Program-made: the position numbers and the translations under genes
Origin: an uncultured Candidatus Binatia bacterium
GTDB taxonomy: Bacteria; Desulfobacterota; Binatia; UBA9968; JAJDTQ01
Assembly (NCBI GenBank): GCA_964291295.2
Contig: OZ219754.1
Span: 2,816,001 to 2,880,000 of the forward strand
DNA: 64,000 bases
Reading direction: 5' to 3'
The notes under the pieces: generated by a model
Seen by the model: only the letters and a program-made list of their open reading frames with translations
What the model was told of the DNA's origin: nothing
The model's database searches: none
In this document: positions 9,842-18,888 of the stretch, in pieces
Numbering within the stretch: position 1 is the first letter of the stretch
How the letters are laid out: the number at the start of each line of letters is the position of its first letter

Positions 9842-9947
9842 GCTGGTCCAGAGCGTGGCAGACCGCCCGGTTGCCGCGGAGGCGCTTGTACCTGATGGAC
9901 CTGATGGGCATGTCGTTGTCGAGAACCCTGTATCCGTTCCTGACCAT
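9828..9947 (-). pseudogene. 39-aa relic resembling the N-terminus of an amidohydrolase-2 family protein
   Basis: GGAGGGG RBS, then MVRNGYRVLDNDM, resembling the M.RNG.RV.D.D.H start of these enzymes. Similarity stops at a 9-bp tandem duplication (9890-9907). Confidence 0.5.
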
Positions 9948-10000
9948 CGTCCCCCTCCCTGATATCCGGAGGAGTCCGGTGCCGGGCCGCATGCCGGTTC

Positions 10001-10375
10001 CTACCCTTTCCAGGCACCCCAGGCAATGCTGAGCCAGCCCAGCAGGAACGCGAGTCCGCCGATGGGGGTCACGGCGCCCAACCACCGGAAGCCCGAGAGG
10101 CTCAGTCCATAGAGGCTTCCGGAGAACAGCACCGTACCGGCGACGAAGAACCAACCGGCCGTCGAGAACTCGCTGCGCGGCCAACGGGAGGACGCCAGCG
10201 CCACCACCAGCAGCGCCAGCGCATGGTAGATCTGATAGCGAACTCCCACCTCAAAGACATGGAACATCTCGTCCGCCAGCCTTCCGCGGAGGCCGTGGGC
10301 GGCGAAGGCGCCCAGCATCACGCCAACAAGGCCGGACAGGGATCCCAGCAAGAGGAACAGGCGGTCGGTGTTCAT
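10001..10375 (-). CDS. DUF423 / YgdD / TMEM256 family membrane protein
   Basis: GAFAAHGL, YQIYHALALL, GTVLFSGSLY, LGAVTPIGG. Confidence 0.92.
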   Translation of the reverse strand: MNTDRLFLLLGSLSGLVGVMLGAFAAHGLRGRLADEMFHVFEVGVRYQIYHALALLVVALASSRWPRSEFSTAGWFFVAGTVLFSGSLYGLSLSGFRWLGAVTPIGGLAFLLGWLSIAWGAWKG

Positions 10376-10536
10376 GGAAACGTCGCGGTCAAGGTTCGTA
10401 TGGCTGACAACGTGTGGCTGCCAAGGAGTTCGGCAGTCTGGCGTAGTCTTCCACACGAGGGGGCGGGATTGCAACAACGCCGGTTTGACGGCTGGCGCCA
10501 CGCCCGCCGAACGGCCGGCCGCGGCAACCGCGGGGA

Positions 10537-10565
10537 TGGACAATTTGAAATGTTCAGGATAGTCT
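10537..10565 (+). promoter_or_regulatory. Candidate sigma70 promoter of infA
   Basis: TGGACA-17 nt-TAGTCT in an AT-rich patch ~90 nt upstream of infA. Confidence 0.45.
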
Positions 10566-10656
10566 GTGAAGTCATGAGACCGAGCGGTCGTCCTGGCGAC
10601 TGTACCCGCGGTTGTACTTTTTCGGGCAAGGAGGATCAGCGCAGGATGCACACGAC

Positions 10657-10878
10657 ATGAGCAAGCAGGACAATATCGAGGTTACCGGCACGGTGATGGA
10701 GAGCCTTCCCAACGCCATGTTCAAAGTTGAGTTGGACAACAAGCACAACGTTCTCGCGTATACCGCGGGCAAGATGCGAAAATTCTACATCAAGATTCTG
10801 CCCGGCGACCGCGTCACTCTCGAGTTGTCACCCTACGACCTGAGCCGCGGACGGATTACCTACCGGCATCGAAACTAG
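10657..10878 (+). CDS. infA: Translation initiation factor IF-1
   Basis: [28 protein letters not shown]...[32 protein letters not shown]. Confidence 0.97.
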   Translation: MSKQDNIEVTGTVMESLPNAMFKVELDNKHNVLAYTAGKMRKFYIKILPGDRVTLELSPYDLSRGRITYRHRN

Positions 10879-10927
10879 TTCGACCGCGCGCAAGCGGACC
10901 TTCCTGCAGCACCCGATCGAGGCCCCG

Positions 10928-12295
10928 CTACCTGGCGTCCAGACGCCCCATGAGGTCGCCCCGGGCGGCCCGGGCACTCCGGAGGATCTCCCCTTCGTCC
11001 AGCGAGGTACAGCGACGGTGGCGCATCAGCAGCCTTCCGTCCACCATCACCGTATCCACGTCCGTAGACTTGGCGCAGTGCACCAGCTGACTCACCAGGT
11101 CGTTGACCGGTTGAAAGTGCGGCTTCTGGATATCCACCAGGATCAGGTCCGCGCGCTTGCCTTCCTCCACCGTACCGCAGACCGACGCCAGCCCCAGCGC
11201 ATGGGCGCCGTCGACCGTCGCCATGCGCAGAACGCTGTAGGGATCCACGACACCGGCGTCTTGATGCTTGACCTTCTGAAGCAACGACGCCGCCTTGATG
11301 GTCTCGAACAGATCCTGGCCGTGGTTGCTCGCCGCCCCATCCGTACCCAGACCGACCCGGACCCCGGCCGCCAGCAACTCCACCACCGGTGCGATTCCGT
11401 CGCCCAGCATCATGTTGCTCACGGGATTGTGCGAGACCGCCGTGCCGGTGTCCGCCAAGTGCCGGATCTCTTCCGGCGAAAGGTGGACGCTGTGGGCGAA
11501 GATGGCATCTTCCCCCGGAATGTCGAACTCCTTCAGATGAGCCACCACACCCGGCCTGCCGTACTCCCGGCGGGTGACATCCACCACCGACGCCGACTCC
11601 GCGACGTGGGTGCTGATGCCGATGGAATGATGGTCGGCAAAGCGCCGTATTTCCCGCAGCAGGTCGGGAGAAGCGTTGAGGGGCGGCGTGTTGGGACCGG
11701 TACGGAACGTGATCCGGTTGCCTTGTCGAAGTGAGTCGGCGGGTGGACGCCCCATCAGGTCCTCGATTCTCGCAAAGGCCGTCTCGGGGGTCTCCCTGGT
11801 GCAGTCCGGCACGATCTCCCCGGTGTCCATGATGGTTCGGGCGAAGACGCCCCGGAGACCGGAACGGGAAAGCGCATCAACGGCGGCGGCGGCGCACTCG
11901 GGTCCGGGGTTGAGGAAATTGTGCTCGCAGACGGTGGTGACCCCGCCCTTGAGATTCTCCAGACAGCCCGCCAGGGTCCCGGCGCGCATGTGCTCCGGGT
12001 TGAGGGCTTCCGCCACACCGTAGATGCGCTTCAGCCACGCCAGAAACGGCAGATCCTCCCAGACCGCCCGCAGCAGCACCTGGTAGAGGTGGGTGTGGGC
12101 GTTGACCAGACCGGGCATGAGCACCATCCCGCGGCCGTCGATGAGCACCTCCCCTTCCCTTGCCGGCGGCTCCCCCGCCGCCACCTCGGTGATGACGCCA
12201 TCCCGGACCCTTGCGTAGCCCGATTCGATCACGGCCCCGGGCGCTGTCATGGGAAGAATCGTGCACGCGGTGATGGTGGTCGCTTGCCCGTCCAT
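10928..12295 (-). CDS. Metal-dependent amidohydrolase (MtaD/SsnA/TRZ-ATZ deaminase-like)
   Basis: MPGLVNAHTH, THVAES, AHSVH, HNPVSN, LGTDG, GKRADL. Start trimmed to ATG 12295 (GGAG RBS). Substrate unknown. Confidence 0.88.
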   Translation of the reverse strand: MDGQATTITACTILPMTAPGAVIESGYARVRDGVITEVAAGEPPAREGEVLIDGRGMVLMPGLVNAHTHLYQVLLRAVWEDLPFLAWLKRIYGVAEALNPEHMRAGTLAGCLENLKGGVTTVCEHNFLNPGPECAAAAVDALSRSGLRGVFARTIMDTGEIVPDCTRETPETAFARIEDLMGRPPADSLRQGNRITFRTGPNTPPLNASPDLLREIRRFADHHSIGISTHVAESASVVDVTRREYGRPGVVAHLKEFDIPGEDAIFAHSVHLSPEEIRHLADTGTAVSHNPVSNMMLGDGIAPVVELLAAGVRVGLGTDGAASNHGQDLFETIKAASLLQKVKHQDAGVVDPYSVLRMATVDGAHALGLASVCGTVEEGKRADLILVDIQKPHFQPVNDLVSQLVHCAKSTDVDTVMVDGRLLMRHRRCTSLDEGEILRSARAARGDLMGRLDAR

Positions 12296-12328
12296 TTTCA
12301 CTCCGAATTTCGCTTGGGATTTCGCTCC

Positions 12329-12360
12329 AAAGACGAAGGGGCGGCGTATCCGCCGCCCCT
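12329..12360 (-). terminator. Intrinsic terminator after RRM gene 2
   Basis: 10-bp stem AGGGGCGGCG/CGCCGCCCCT with 4-nt loop, followed by TCGTCTTT on the minus strand. Confidence 0.6.
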
Positions 12361-12387
12361 CCAAGGGTTCCACTCTTGATCGTGGTG

Positions 12388-12651
12388 TCAGAAATCGCGC
12401 GTTCGCCGTTCGTGCGCCTCGTTCACTTTCAGCACGCGCCCCTGCAACTCCGTTCCGTTCAGGGCCTCCATGGCGGCCCGGGCCTCGGCCTCGGAGCCCA
12501 TCTCCACGAAACCGAAGCCGCGGGACCGGCCAGTGAAGCGGTCCGTGACGATGCGCGCCGATGCCACGGTCCCGTGCTCCGAAAAGAGCTCCTGCAACTG
12601 GGCTTCGGTCACCGCGTAGGGCAGTCCACTTACATACAGTCTGTCCCCCAT
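12388..12651 (-). CDS. RRM-domain RNA-binding protein (second paralog, no Gly tail)
   Basis: MGDRLYVSGLPY...TGRSRGFGFVEM...LKVNEA. Confidence 0.93.
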   Translation of the reverse strand: MGDRLYVSGLPYAVTEAQLQELFSEHGTVASARIVTDRFTGRSRGFGFVEMGSEAEARAAMEALNGTELQGRVLKVNEAHERRTRDF

Positions 12652-12728
12652 GAGCCAACTCCCGGTTCGAGATGACGACAGCCGATCCTGGCAGGACCAT
12701 CTCGGAGACCCCGCCGTGAAACGCGCTG

Positions 12729-12757
12729 ATTCTATCCCCATGTCTGCCGCAATGCAA
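12729..12757 (-). promoter_or_regulatory. Candidate sigma70 promoter of RRM gene 2
   Basis: TTGCAT-17 nt-TAGAAT on the minus strand. Confidence 0.55.
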
Positions 12758-12807
12758 ACCTTCGGCCGCGGCCCTGAATGCCGCCCGCACATTCCGCCCG
12801 CGGTTCG

Positions 12808-13575
12808 TCAACCGGACCGGTAGGCAGCCATGAGGCGGTTCCAGTCACCGGGTCGAACCCTCCGGCGCTGAGGGTCCAGTTTGTTGACTGAACGCAGCAG
12901 CCGGCGGAGGTTCCGTTGTGCCCGCGCGTCCGGCACGGCTCCGGGAAAGAGACGCGCCTTGTCGAAGTCGATGATGTAGATCCTCGGAAACGGCTCATCG
13001 TCCCGCACCAGGATGTTGCGCAGGTTGAGATCGGCGTGGTCGATGCCCAGCGTGTGCATGAGGCGCAACGTGCGCCCGACAAGCGACAGCACCATCTCCG
13101 TCCCGGCGCCGGAGCGTTGCCCCGGAAGCGCCGCCCAGAGGTCGCGGGCCCCCGTCAACTCCCGCGTGACCAGCCAACCTCGATACCACGGGCCGATGCC
13201 CCGCGCCACCAGCGCCGCCAGCACTTCCGCGGTGGCGAGCCCCCGTTCCCGGGCCGCGGCCGTGACGGCCAGTTCCGCGAACGGCCGGGGCGGCCGGCTG
13301 ACGAACCAGTGCCGGGTGATCCGGCGCAACAGCCCTCCGTGCCGGCATGAACGCACCAGCGCGTGACCACCCTCCGGGAGCGCCACGGTCTGCAACGCGG
13401 CACGACCGAAATGGCGTGCCGGCACCTCGGCAACCGGGCTCCGCATGCGGGCGAGCAACCCGCCGGCATCCACGCCGGAGGCCACCACCATGGTCACTCC
13501 CGGCTCCGGGGACACCCGCTGGAAGCCCGCCGGCACCGTATCCCCCGGCCTGTTCGAACGCATGTTATCCGTCAC
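12808..13575 (-). CDS. kdkA: Kdo kinase family (KdkA/InaA-like LPS kinase)
   Basis: RHGGL, HADLNLRNIL, IIDFDKA, NLRRLLRS; lies directly after lpxK. Confidence 0.8.
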   Translation of the reverse strand: MTDNMRSNRPGDTVPAGFQRVSPEPGVTMVVASGVDAGGLLARMRSPVAEVPARHFGRAALQTVALPEGGHALVRSCRHGGLLRRITRHWFVSRPPRPFAELAVTAAARERGLATAEVLAALVARGIGPWYRGWLVTRELTGARDLWAALPGQRSGAGTEMVLSLVGRTLRLMHTLGIDHADLNLRNILVRDDEPFPRIYIIDFDKARLFPGAVPDARAQRNLRRLLRSVNKLDPQRRRVRPGDWNRLMAAYRSG

Positions 13576-14689
13576 CGCCGCGCGAGGAGGAACCGGCTCT
13601 CCTCACGACGTCCACGACGTGGTCCAGCAGCGCCTCGGGCCTGTCGAAGGACATCTCGACCCGCAGCGCCCGCAGCTTCCCGGCGGAGAACGGGAACCGC
13701 GCCAGCTTCACGTAGTCCTTCTCGGTCGTCACCACCATGTCCACCCGGTGCCGGCTGATCTCGCGCCAGTCCCGTTCGCTGTAGGCATGATGGTCGGGAA
13801 ACTCCAGGGTGTCGCCGATGATCCCTTCACACTCGCGGATCATCTCATAGAACCCTTCAGGCCGGGCCACCCCCGCAACCGCCAGAACCCTGCTGCCGGC
13901 CAGGGCGGCCAGCGACGATTCTTTCAGACCTTCCTCCGTGCGGCCCAGGAGCCCGCGCGGCCGGAGGCAGGCATGGAAGACCCGGGAATCGTCGAAGCGT
14001 TGTTGCAGAATCGCCCGCCAGCGGTCGCGGGCGCCCGTCACCACCAGGATGTCGGCGCGCCGCAAGGCCCGGATCGGCTCCCGGAAAGGCCCGGCCGGCA
14101 GCATCGCGCCGCTGCTGTCGGCACCCAGGAGGACCATGTCAAGGTCCCGCGCCAGCCTCCGGTGCTGGAATCCGTCGTCCAGCAGGAACAGATCCGCGCC
14201 GCCGGTCCCCTCGCTCAACGCCAGACCCGCCCGGTAGCGGTCGGCGCCGACCACCACGGTCTGCCCATGGAGGGCGCTCAACATGACCGGTTCGTCGCCG
14301 TAGTCCAGCGTGCGATCGCCCGACCGACCGCGCAGCCTTTCCGGGCTGAGGACGGCGGGCCGGGGACCGTGCTGCCGGCCGCCGTAGCCGCGGGTCAGGA
14401 TCGCGGCCTCCAGGCCGCGCCGCCTCAGGCCTTGCGCCAGCCACAGCCCGGTGGGGGTCTTGCCCGTCCCTCCCACCGTGAGATTCCCTATGCTCACGAC
14501 CGGAAGGGGCAGTTTTCGGACATTCATGCAACCGGCGTCGTAGAGCCGGTTCCTCACACCGACGACCGCGCGAAAGACCGCGCTCCAGGGCAGCAGCAGG
14601 GTCCGAAGAATCCGGCCGGCGATGCTGCGGCGGCTCCACGCCGCCCGCACCAGAGCGTTCCCCTTTCCAGCGGCGGCCGCCATGGTCAT
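13565..14689 (-). CDS. lpxK: Tetraacyldisaccharide 4'-kinase
   Basis: [40 protein letters not shown]. Confidence 0.95.
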   Translation of the reverse strand: MTMAAAAGKGNALVRAAWSRRSIAGRILRTLLLPWSAVFRAVVGVRNRLYDAGCMNVRKLPLPVVSIGNLTVGGTGKTPTGLWLAQGLRRRGLEAAILTRGYGGRQHGPRPAVLSPERLRGRSGDRTLDYGDEPVMLSALHGQTVVVGADRYRAGLALSEGTGGADLFLLDDGFQHRRLARDLDMVLLGADSSGAMLPAGPFREPIRALRRADILVVTGARDRWRAILQQRFDDSRVFHACLRPRGLLGRTEEGLKESSLAALAGSRVLAVAGVARPEGFYEMIRECEGIIGDTLEFPDHHAYSERDWREISRHRVDMVVTTEKDYVKLARFPFSAGKLRALRVEMSFDRPEALLDHVVDVVRRAGSSSRGGDG

Positions 14690-15966
14690 CCGCGAGGTTC
14701 CGCCCCGTGACGGAGCTGCCGGCACACCAGTCGGAGACTGCGCGCCAACACCTCCGTGTCGGCATCGGCCACGTGGCGGGCGCGGCGCCCCATGGCCGCA
14801 CAGCGCGCCCGGTCGGAGAGAAGCGCGCTCACCTCCCGAACCAGCGCGTCACGCCCATCCACCTCGACGCCGCCGCCCTGCCGCAACAACTTCCGCGCCG
14901 TCTCGGCAATATTGGAACGATACCGCCCGAACAGCACGGGCTTGCCCCAGCGCGCCGGTTCGACGAGGTTGTGGCCACCCACAGGCACCATGCTCCCGCC
15001 CACGAAGGCAACGTCGGCACAACCGTAATAGCGCGGCAACTCACCCAGGGTGTCCAGCAGCAGCACCGGGCAGTCCCCCGCTGCCGCACCGCCCGCTGCG
15101 CTGCGCTTGCGGTAGCGCCACCCGCATTCCCGAAGCAGCCGCTCGACGGCACCAAACCGTTCCGGATGCCTCGGGGCCAGAATCAGCAGAAGGCCCGGAT
15201 GCCGGCGGCGCCACTCGGAAAGAGCGTCCAGCAGGATTTCCTCCTCGCCGGCGTGGGTGCTCCCCGCCACCACCACCGACCGCGGCCGGCCGCCGAGGTC
15301 CGGCAGCGGCGCCGCGGCCGCTTCGGCATGCTTGAGAGAGCCCGTCACCGTCACCTTGAGCGGGTCCACGCCCAGGGCCAGCATCCGCCCGGCGTTCTCG
15401 TCGTCCTGCATGCCGAAGCCGGCAACCCGGTCCAGCACCGGCCTGAAGAGCGCCCGAAAACGTGCGTACATCCGCGCGCCCCGGGGCGACAGGCGACCGC
15501 TGAGGACCAGCGTGGGGGTTCCCCATCGATGGGAGGCGCGAATGAAGTTCGGCCATATCTCCGTCTCCAGCAGGATGATGAGCTCCGGACGAAGCCGGCG
15601 CAGGCTTCGGGAAACCAGCCACGGCAGGTCCAGCGGGAGATAGGTCACGCCGTCGATGTCGGGCAGGGCGTCCCGGACCGTGCGGTGTCCGGTAACGGTG
15701 ACTGTGGAAACGAGCAGCTTGCGGTCCGGCCACTTCGTCTTCATCCGCCGCACCAGCGGCGCGGCGGAGCGCACCTCGCCCACGGAGGCGGCGTGGATCC
15801 AGATGGGACGGCCACCCGCGAGTGCGGCCAGCAGCTCCGGAGGATAGGCGGCAAGGCGCTCGCGCAGCCCCGCGAAGACGCTCCGGCGCCACAGGAACGC
15901 CAAAGGCCAAGCCAGCAGCGCGACAAGCAGCCCCGCATGCAAGACCGCATTGTAGAGCCCGAGCAC
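14686..15966 (-). CDS. waaA: Kdo transferase
   Basis: IWIHAASVGE, ETEIWPN, AGSTH.GEE, APRHPER, VGGS...GGHN..EP. Confidence 0.95.
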   Translation of the reverse strand: MLGLYNAVLHAGLLVALLAWPLAFLWRRSVFAGLRERLAAYPPELLAALAGGRPIWIHAASVGEVRSAAPLVRRMKTKWPDRKLLVSTVTVTGHRTVRDALPDIDGVTYLPLDLPWLVSRSLRRLRPELIILLETEIWPNFIRASHRWGTPTLVLSGRLSPRGARMYARFRALFRPVLDRVAGFGMQDDENAGRMLALGVDPLKVTVTGSLKHAEAAAAPLPDLGGRPRSVVVAGSTHAGEEEILLDALSEWRRRHPGLLLILAPRHPERFGAVERLLRECGWRYRKRSAAGGAAAGDCPVLLLDTLGELPRYYGCADVAFVGGSMVPVGGHNLVEPARWGKPVLFGRYRSNIAETARKLLRQGGGVEVDGRDALVREVSALLSDRARCAAMGRRARHVADADTEVLARSLRLVCRQLRHGAEPRG

Positions 15967-15970
15967 CGGC

Positions 15971-17713
15971 CTACGCCTCCGTGGAAAGACCTTCGCCGAC
16001 GGCCTGAAGACCGTAGAGGCGGCGATATTCTCTTTGCCTGGCCAGGAGCTCGGCATGGGTGCCTTCTTCCACGATGGTTCCCTTGGCCAGCACGACGATG
16101 CGGGTGGCGTTGCGGACGGTGGACAGCCGGTGAGCGATGACCACGCTCGTGCGGTTCTTCATGAGGGCTTCAAGGGCATCCTGGACCGATCGCTCCGACT
16201 CCGAGTCGAGAGCGGACGTCGCTTCGTCGAGGATCAGTATGGGGGCGTTCTTGAGCACCGCCCGCGCGATGGCGATGCGTTGCCGCTGCCCGCCGGAGAG
16301 TTTCAGGCCAAGCTCGCCGATGACCGTATCGTAGCCGGCCGGCAGCGCAGTGATGAAGTCATGGGCATGGGCGGCCTTGGCAGCCATCACCACGTCGTCC
16401 ATGTGCCGGGTCGGGTCGCCGTAGGAAATGTTGTTTCGCACGCTGTCGTTGAAGAGAAACGTGTGCTGGGTCACGATTCCGATCTGCCGCCGGAGCGACT
16501 CCAGGGACAGCTTCCGGATGTCCACGCCATCCAGGGCGATGCTGCCCGAGGTGACATCGTAGAACCGCGGAATCAACGCCGACAAGGTGGTCTTGCCGGC
16601 TCCGCTCATGCCCACCAGCGCCACCGTCTCGCCGCGGCGGACCTCCAGATTGATACCGGTCAACACCGGCTCCTTCCGGTAGCCGAATCCGACATCGCGG
16701 AAGGCGATACGGTCCGAGAAAGGCGCGGCGGGAACGGCGTCCGGAGCGTCGGCAATATCCAGGGGGGCGTCCAGGACATCGAAGATCCGGTCCCCTCCGG
16801 CGATGCCCTGATAGATTTCCGGAAAGGTCCGGCCGAGGTGCTTGACCGGCTCGTATACCAGGAACACGGCGGTGAGAAACGCAAAGAACTCGCCCGCCGT
16901 ACGTCCGCCGTCCATGACCGCGTTGCCGCCGTACCACAGGACCCCGACGATCCCCAATCCCGCCAGCAACTCCATCGCCGAGGGAATCATGGCTCTGGCG
17001 CGGCTGGCCTTCATGGTGTGGCGCAGAATATCACGGTTCTCCCGGTTGAACCGTTCGAGCTCGTAACGCTCCATCCCGAAGGCCTTCACGATGGAACTGC
17101 CCTGAAGGCTCTCCTGAAGAATCGCCGCCATGGTGCCGGTGCTGGCCTGACTTCTTCGGGTCGCCCGTCGGATGCGGCGGGTGAGTCGCCTGACGGGAAG
17201 GACCGAGCCGGGAAATGCCACGAAGGCGATGGTGGCCAGCAGCCAGTCCATGTAGAAGGCCACCGCCGTCAACGCCACCACCGAAGTGCTGTTGCGCGCC
17301 ACCGACGCGACCGAACTGGTGAGGGCGACCCGCACCAGCGTCACATCGCTGGTCACCCTGGAAAGCAGCGTGCCCGTGGGGTGCCGGTAGATGTACGCCA
17401 GCGACAGCCATTGCAGCCGCTCGCACATGGCCGACCGCAGGTCGCGAACGATCCGCTGGCCAACATGTTCCATCAGGTAGACTTGGCCGAAATTGCAGGC
17501 GCCGCGAATGCCGAACACCAGCAGCACCGTGACAAGGATGTATCCCAGCCTGGCGCGGTCCTGGCTCCCGAACACGTCGTCCACCATGTCCCGAACCAGA
17601 AAGGGCATGGCCGCCGTGGTGGCGCTGTACCACAGCATGCAGAGTACGGCGCCGCAGAAATGCGGCCACAGGTAGGGGCGCAGGTACTGAAGCAGACGCC
17701 GGTAGATGCTCAT
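15971..17713 (-). CDS. msbA: Lipid A flippase ABC transporter
   Basis: TMD plus NBD (GMSGAGKT, LSGGQRQR, LDEATS), between lpxB and waaA. Confidence 0.9.
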   Translation of the reverse strand: MSIYRRLLQYLRPYLWPHFCGAVLCMLWYSATTAAMPFLVRDMVDDVFGSQDRARLGYILVTVLLVFGIRGACNFGQVYLMEHVGQRIVRDLRSAMCERLQWLSLAYIYRHPTGTLLSRVTSDVTLVRVALTSSVASVARNSTSVVALTAVAFYMDWLLATIAFVAFPGSVLPVRRLTRRIRRATRRSQASTGTMAAILQESLQGSSIVKAFGMERYELERFNRENRDILRHTMKASRARAMIPSAMELLAGLGIVGVLWYGGNAVMDGGRTAGEFFAFLTAVFLVYEPVKHLGRTFPEIYQGIAGGDRIFDVLDAPLDIADAPDAVPAAPFSDRIAFRDVGFGYRKEPVLTGINLEVRRGETVALVGMSGAGKTTLSALIPRFYDVTSGSIALDGVDIRKLSLESLRRQIGIVTQHTFLFNDSVRNNISYGDPTRHMDDVVMAAKAAHAHDFITALPAGYDTVIGELGLKLSGGQRQRIAIARAVLKNAPILILDEATSALDSESERSVQDALEALMKNRTSVVIAHRLSTVRNATRIVVLAKGTIVEEGTHAELLARQREYRRLYGLQAVGEGLSTEA

Positions 17714-18888
17714 TGCGGTGCCCGGGTGTCGGACTGCGCCAACAGGGCCATGGCCATGTCGGCCACGCGCGCCGGAGCGCCCGGAGGTCCCAGCCGCTCC
17801 CGCACCGCCTCAAGCCTGCGTACCACGGCGCCGCGCACTTCCGGCTCCAGCATGCGCCGGGTTTCCGCCAGGATGCGCTCCGCCGTCACCTCGTTCTGGA
17901 TCAGCTCCGGCACCACCCGTTCGCCCGCGATGATATTGACCATGCCGATGTGATCCACGCGGACCAGCAGACGCCCGATCCAGTAGCTCAAGGGTGACAG
18001 GCGGTAGGTGATCACCATGGGTTTCCCGAGCAGCCCCGCTTCCAGCGTGGCCGTGCCGGAAGCCACCCACACCAGATCCGCCGCCGCCAGCATGTCGTAC
18101 GTGCCGCCCTCGGCGATGCGGACGGTGACGGGCGATCCGGCGATGGCCCGTTCCAGTCCGCTCCGCTCGATGGTGCTGGCGCGTATCAGCAGGAACTGCG
18201 CGTCGCGTTCCCGGGCCAGGCGGCGGGCGGCCTCGAGCATGGGGTCCAGGAGCGCGGCAACCTCCTTCCCCCGGCTTCCGGGCATGACCGCCACCGTGAG
18301 CTTCTCCGGGTCCAGTGCCACGGACCGAAGACTGGTCTCGCGGTCCCGCCGCGGCTTCACCACGTCCACCAGGGGATGCCCCACGAAGGCGGCTCCGGCA
18401 ACGCCGAACGCCCTGTAGAGGTCGGCCTCGAAGGGAAAAACGACGGCCAGCGCATCCACGTTCGACGCCACCTGCCGGATGCGGTACCCGCGCCACGCCC
18501 ATATCTGCGGGCCGATGTAGTACAGAACGGCGATGCCGTGGCGGCGCGCCAGCCGCGCCAGCCGCATGTTGAATTCCGGAAAGTCGATGAGGATGAGCAA
18601 GGCCGGCCGCACCTCCAGGAGCAGCCGGCGCAACATCCGGTAGGCACGCCAGATGTGACGAAGATTGCCGGCAAGCTCCGAGAAACCCACGCTCGCGACT
18701 CTCGCGATATCGTGGACGACCCGCATGCCCGCTTGCCGGAGGTTGACTCCGCCCATGCCGAAAAACTCCGCCGAGGGCTCCCGTTGCCGCAGATGGTGCA
18801 CCAACTCCGCGCCCCGGGCATCTCCCGACGCCTCTCCCGCCACCAGCATGATGTCCAATGGCCGCCGCACTGCCGAATGACGGGCCAT
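17710..18888 (-). CDS. lpxB: Lipid A disaccharide synthase
   Basis: AGEASGD, IDFPEFN, PQIWAWR, VGHPL, PGSR, SGTATLE. Confidence 0.96.
   Translation of the reverse strand: MARHSAVRRPLDIMLVAGEASGDARGAELVHHLRQREPSAEFFGMGGVNLRQAGMRVVHDIARVASVGFSELAGNLRHIWRAYRMLRRLLLEVRPALLILIDFPEFNMRLARLARRHGIAVLYYIGPQIWAWRGYRIRQVASNVDALAVVFPFEADLYRAFGVAGAAFVGHPLVDVVKPRRDRETSLRSVALDPEKLTVAVMPGSRGKEVAALLDPMLEAARRLARERDAQFLLIRASTIERSGLERAIAGSPVTVRIAEGGTYDMLAAADLVWVASGTATLEAGLLGKPMVITYRLSPLSYWIGRLLVRVDHIGMVNIIAGERVVPELIQNEVTAERILAETRRMLEPEVRGAVVRRLEAVRERLGPPGAPARVADMAMALLAQSDTRAPQ

Noticed and set aside
10928-12811. 627-aa amidohydrolase with a long N-terminal extension
   Set aside because: The extension spans RRM gene 2 in another frame plus its terminator; the real start is ~12295.
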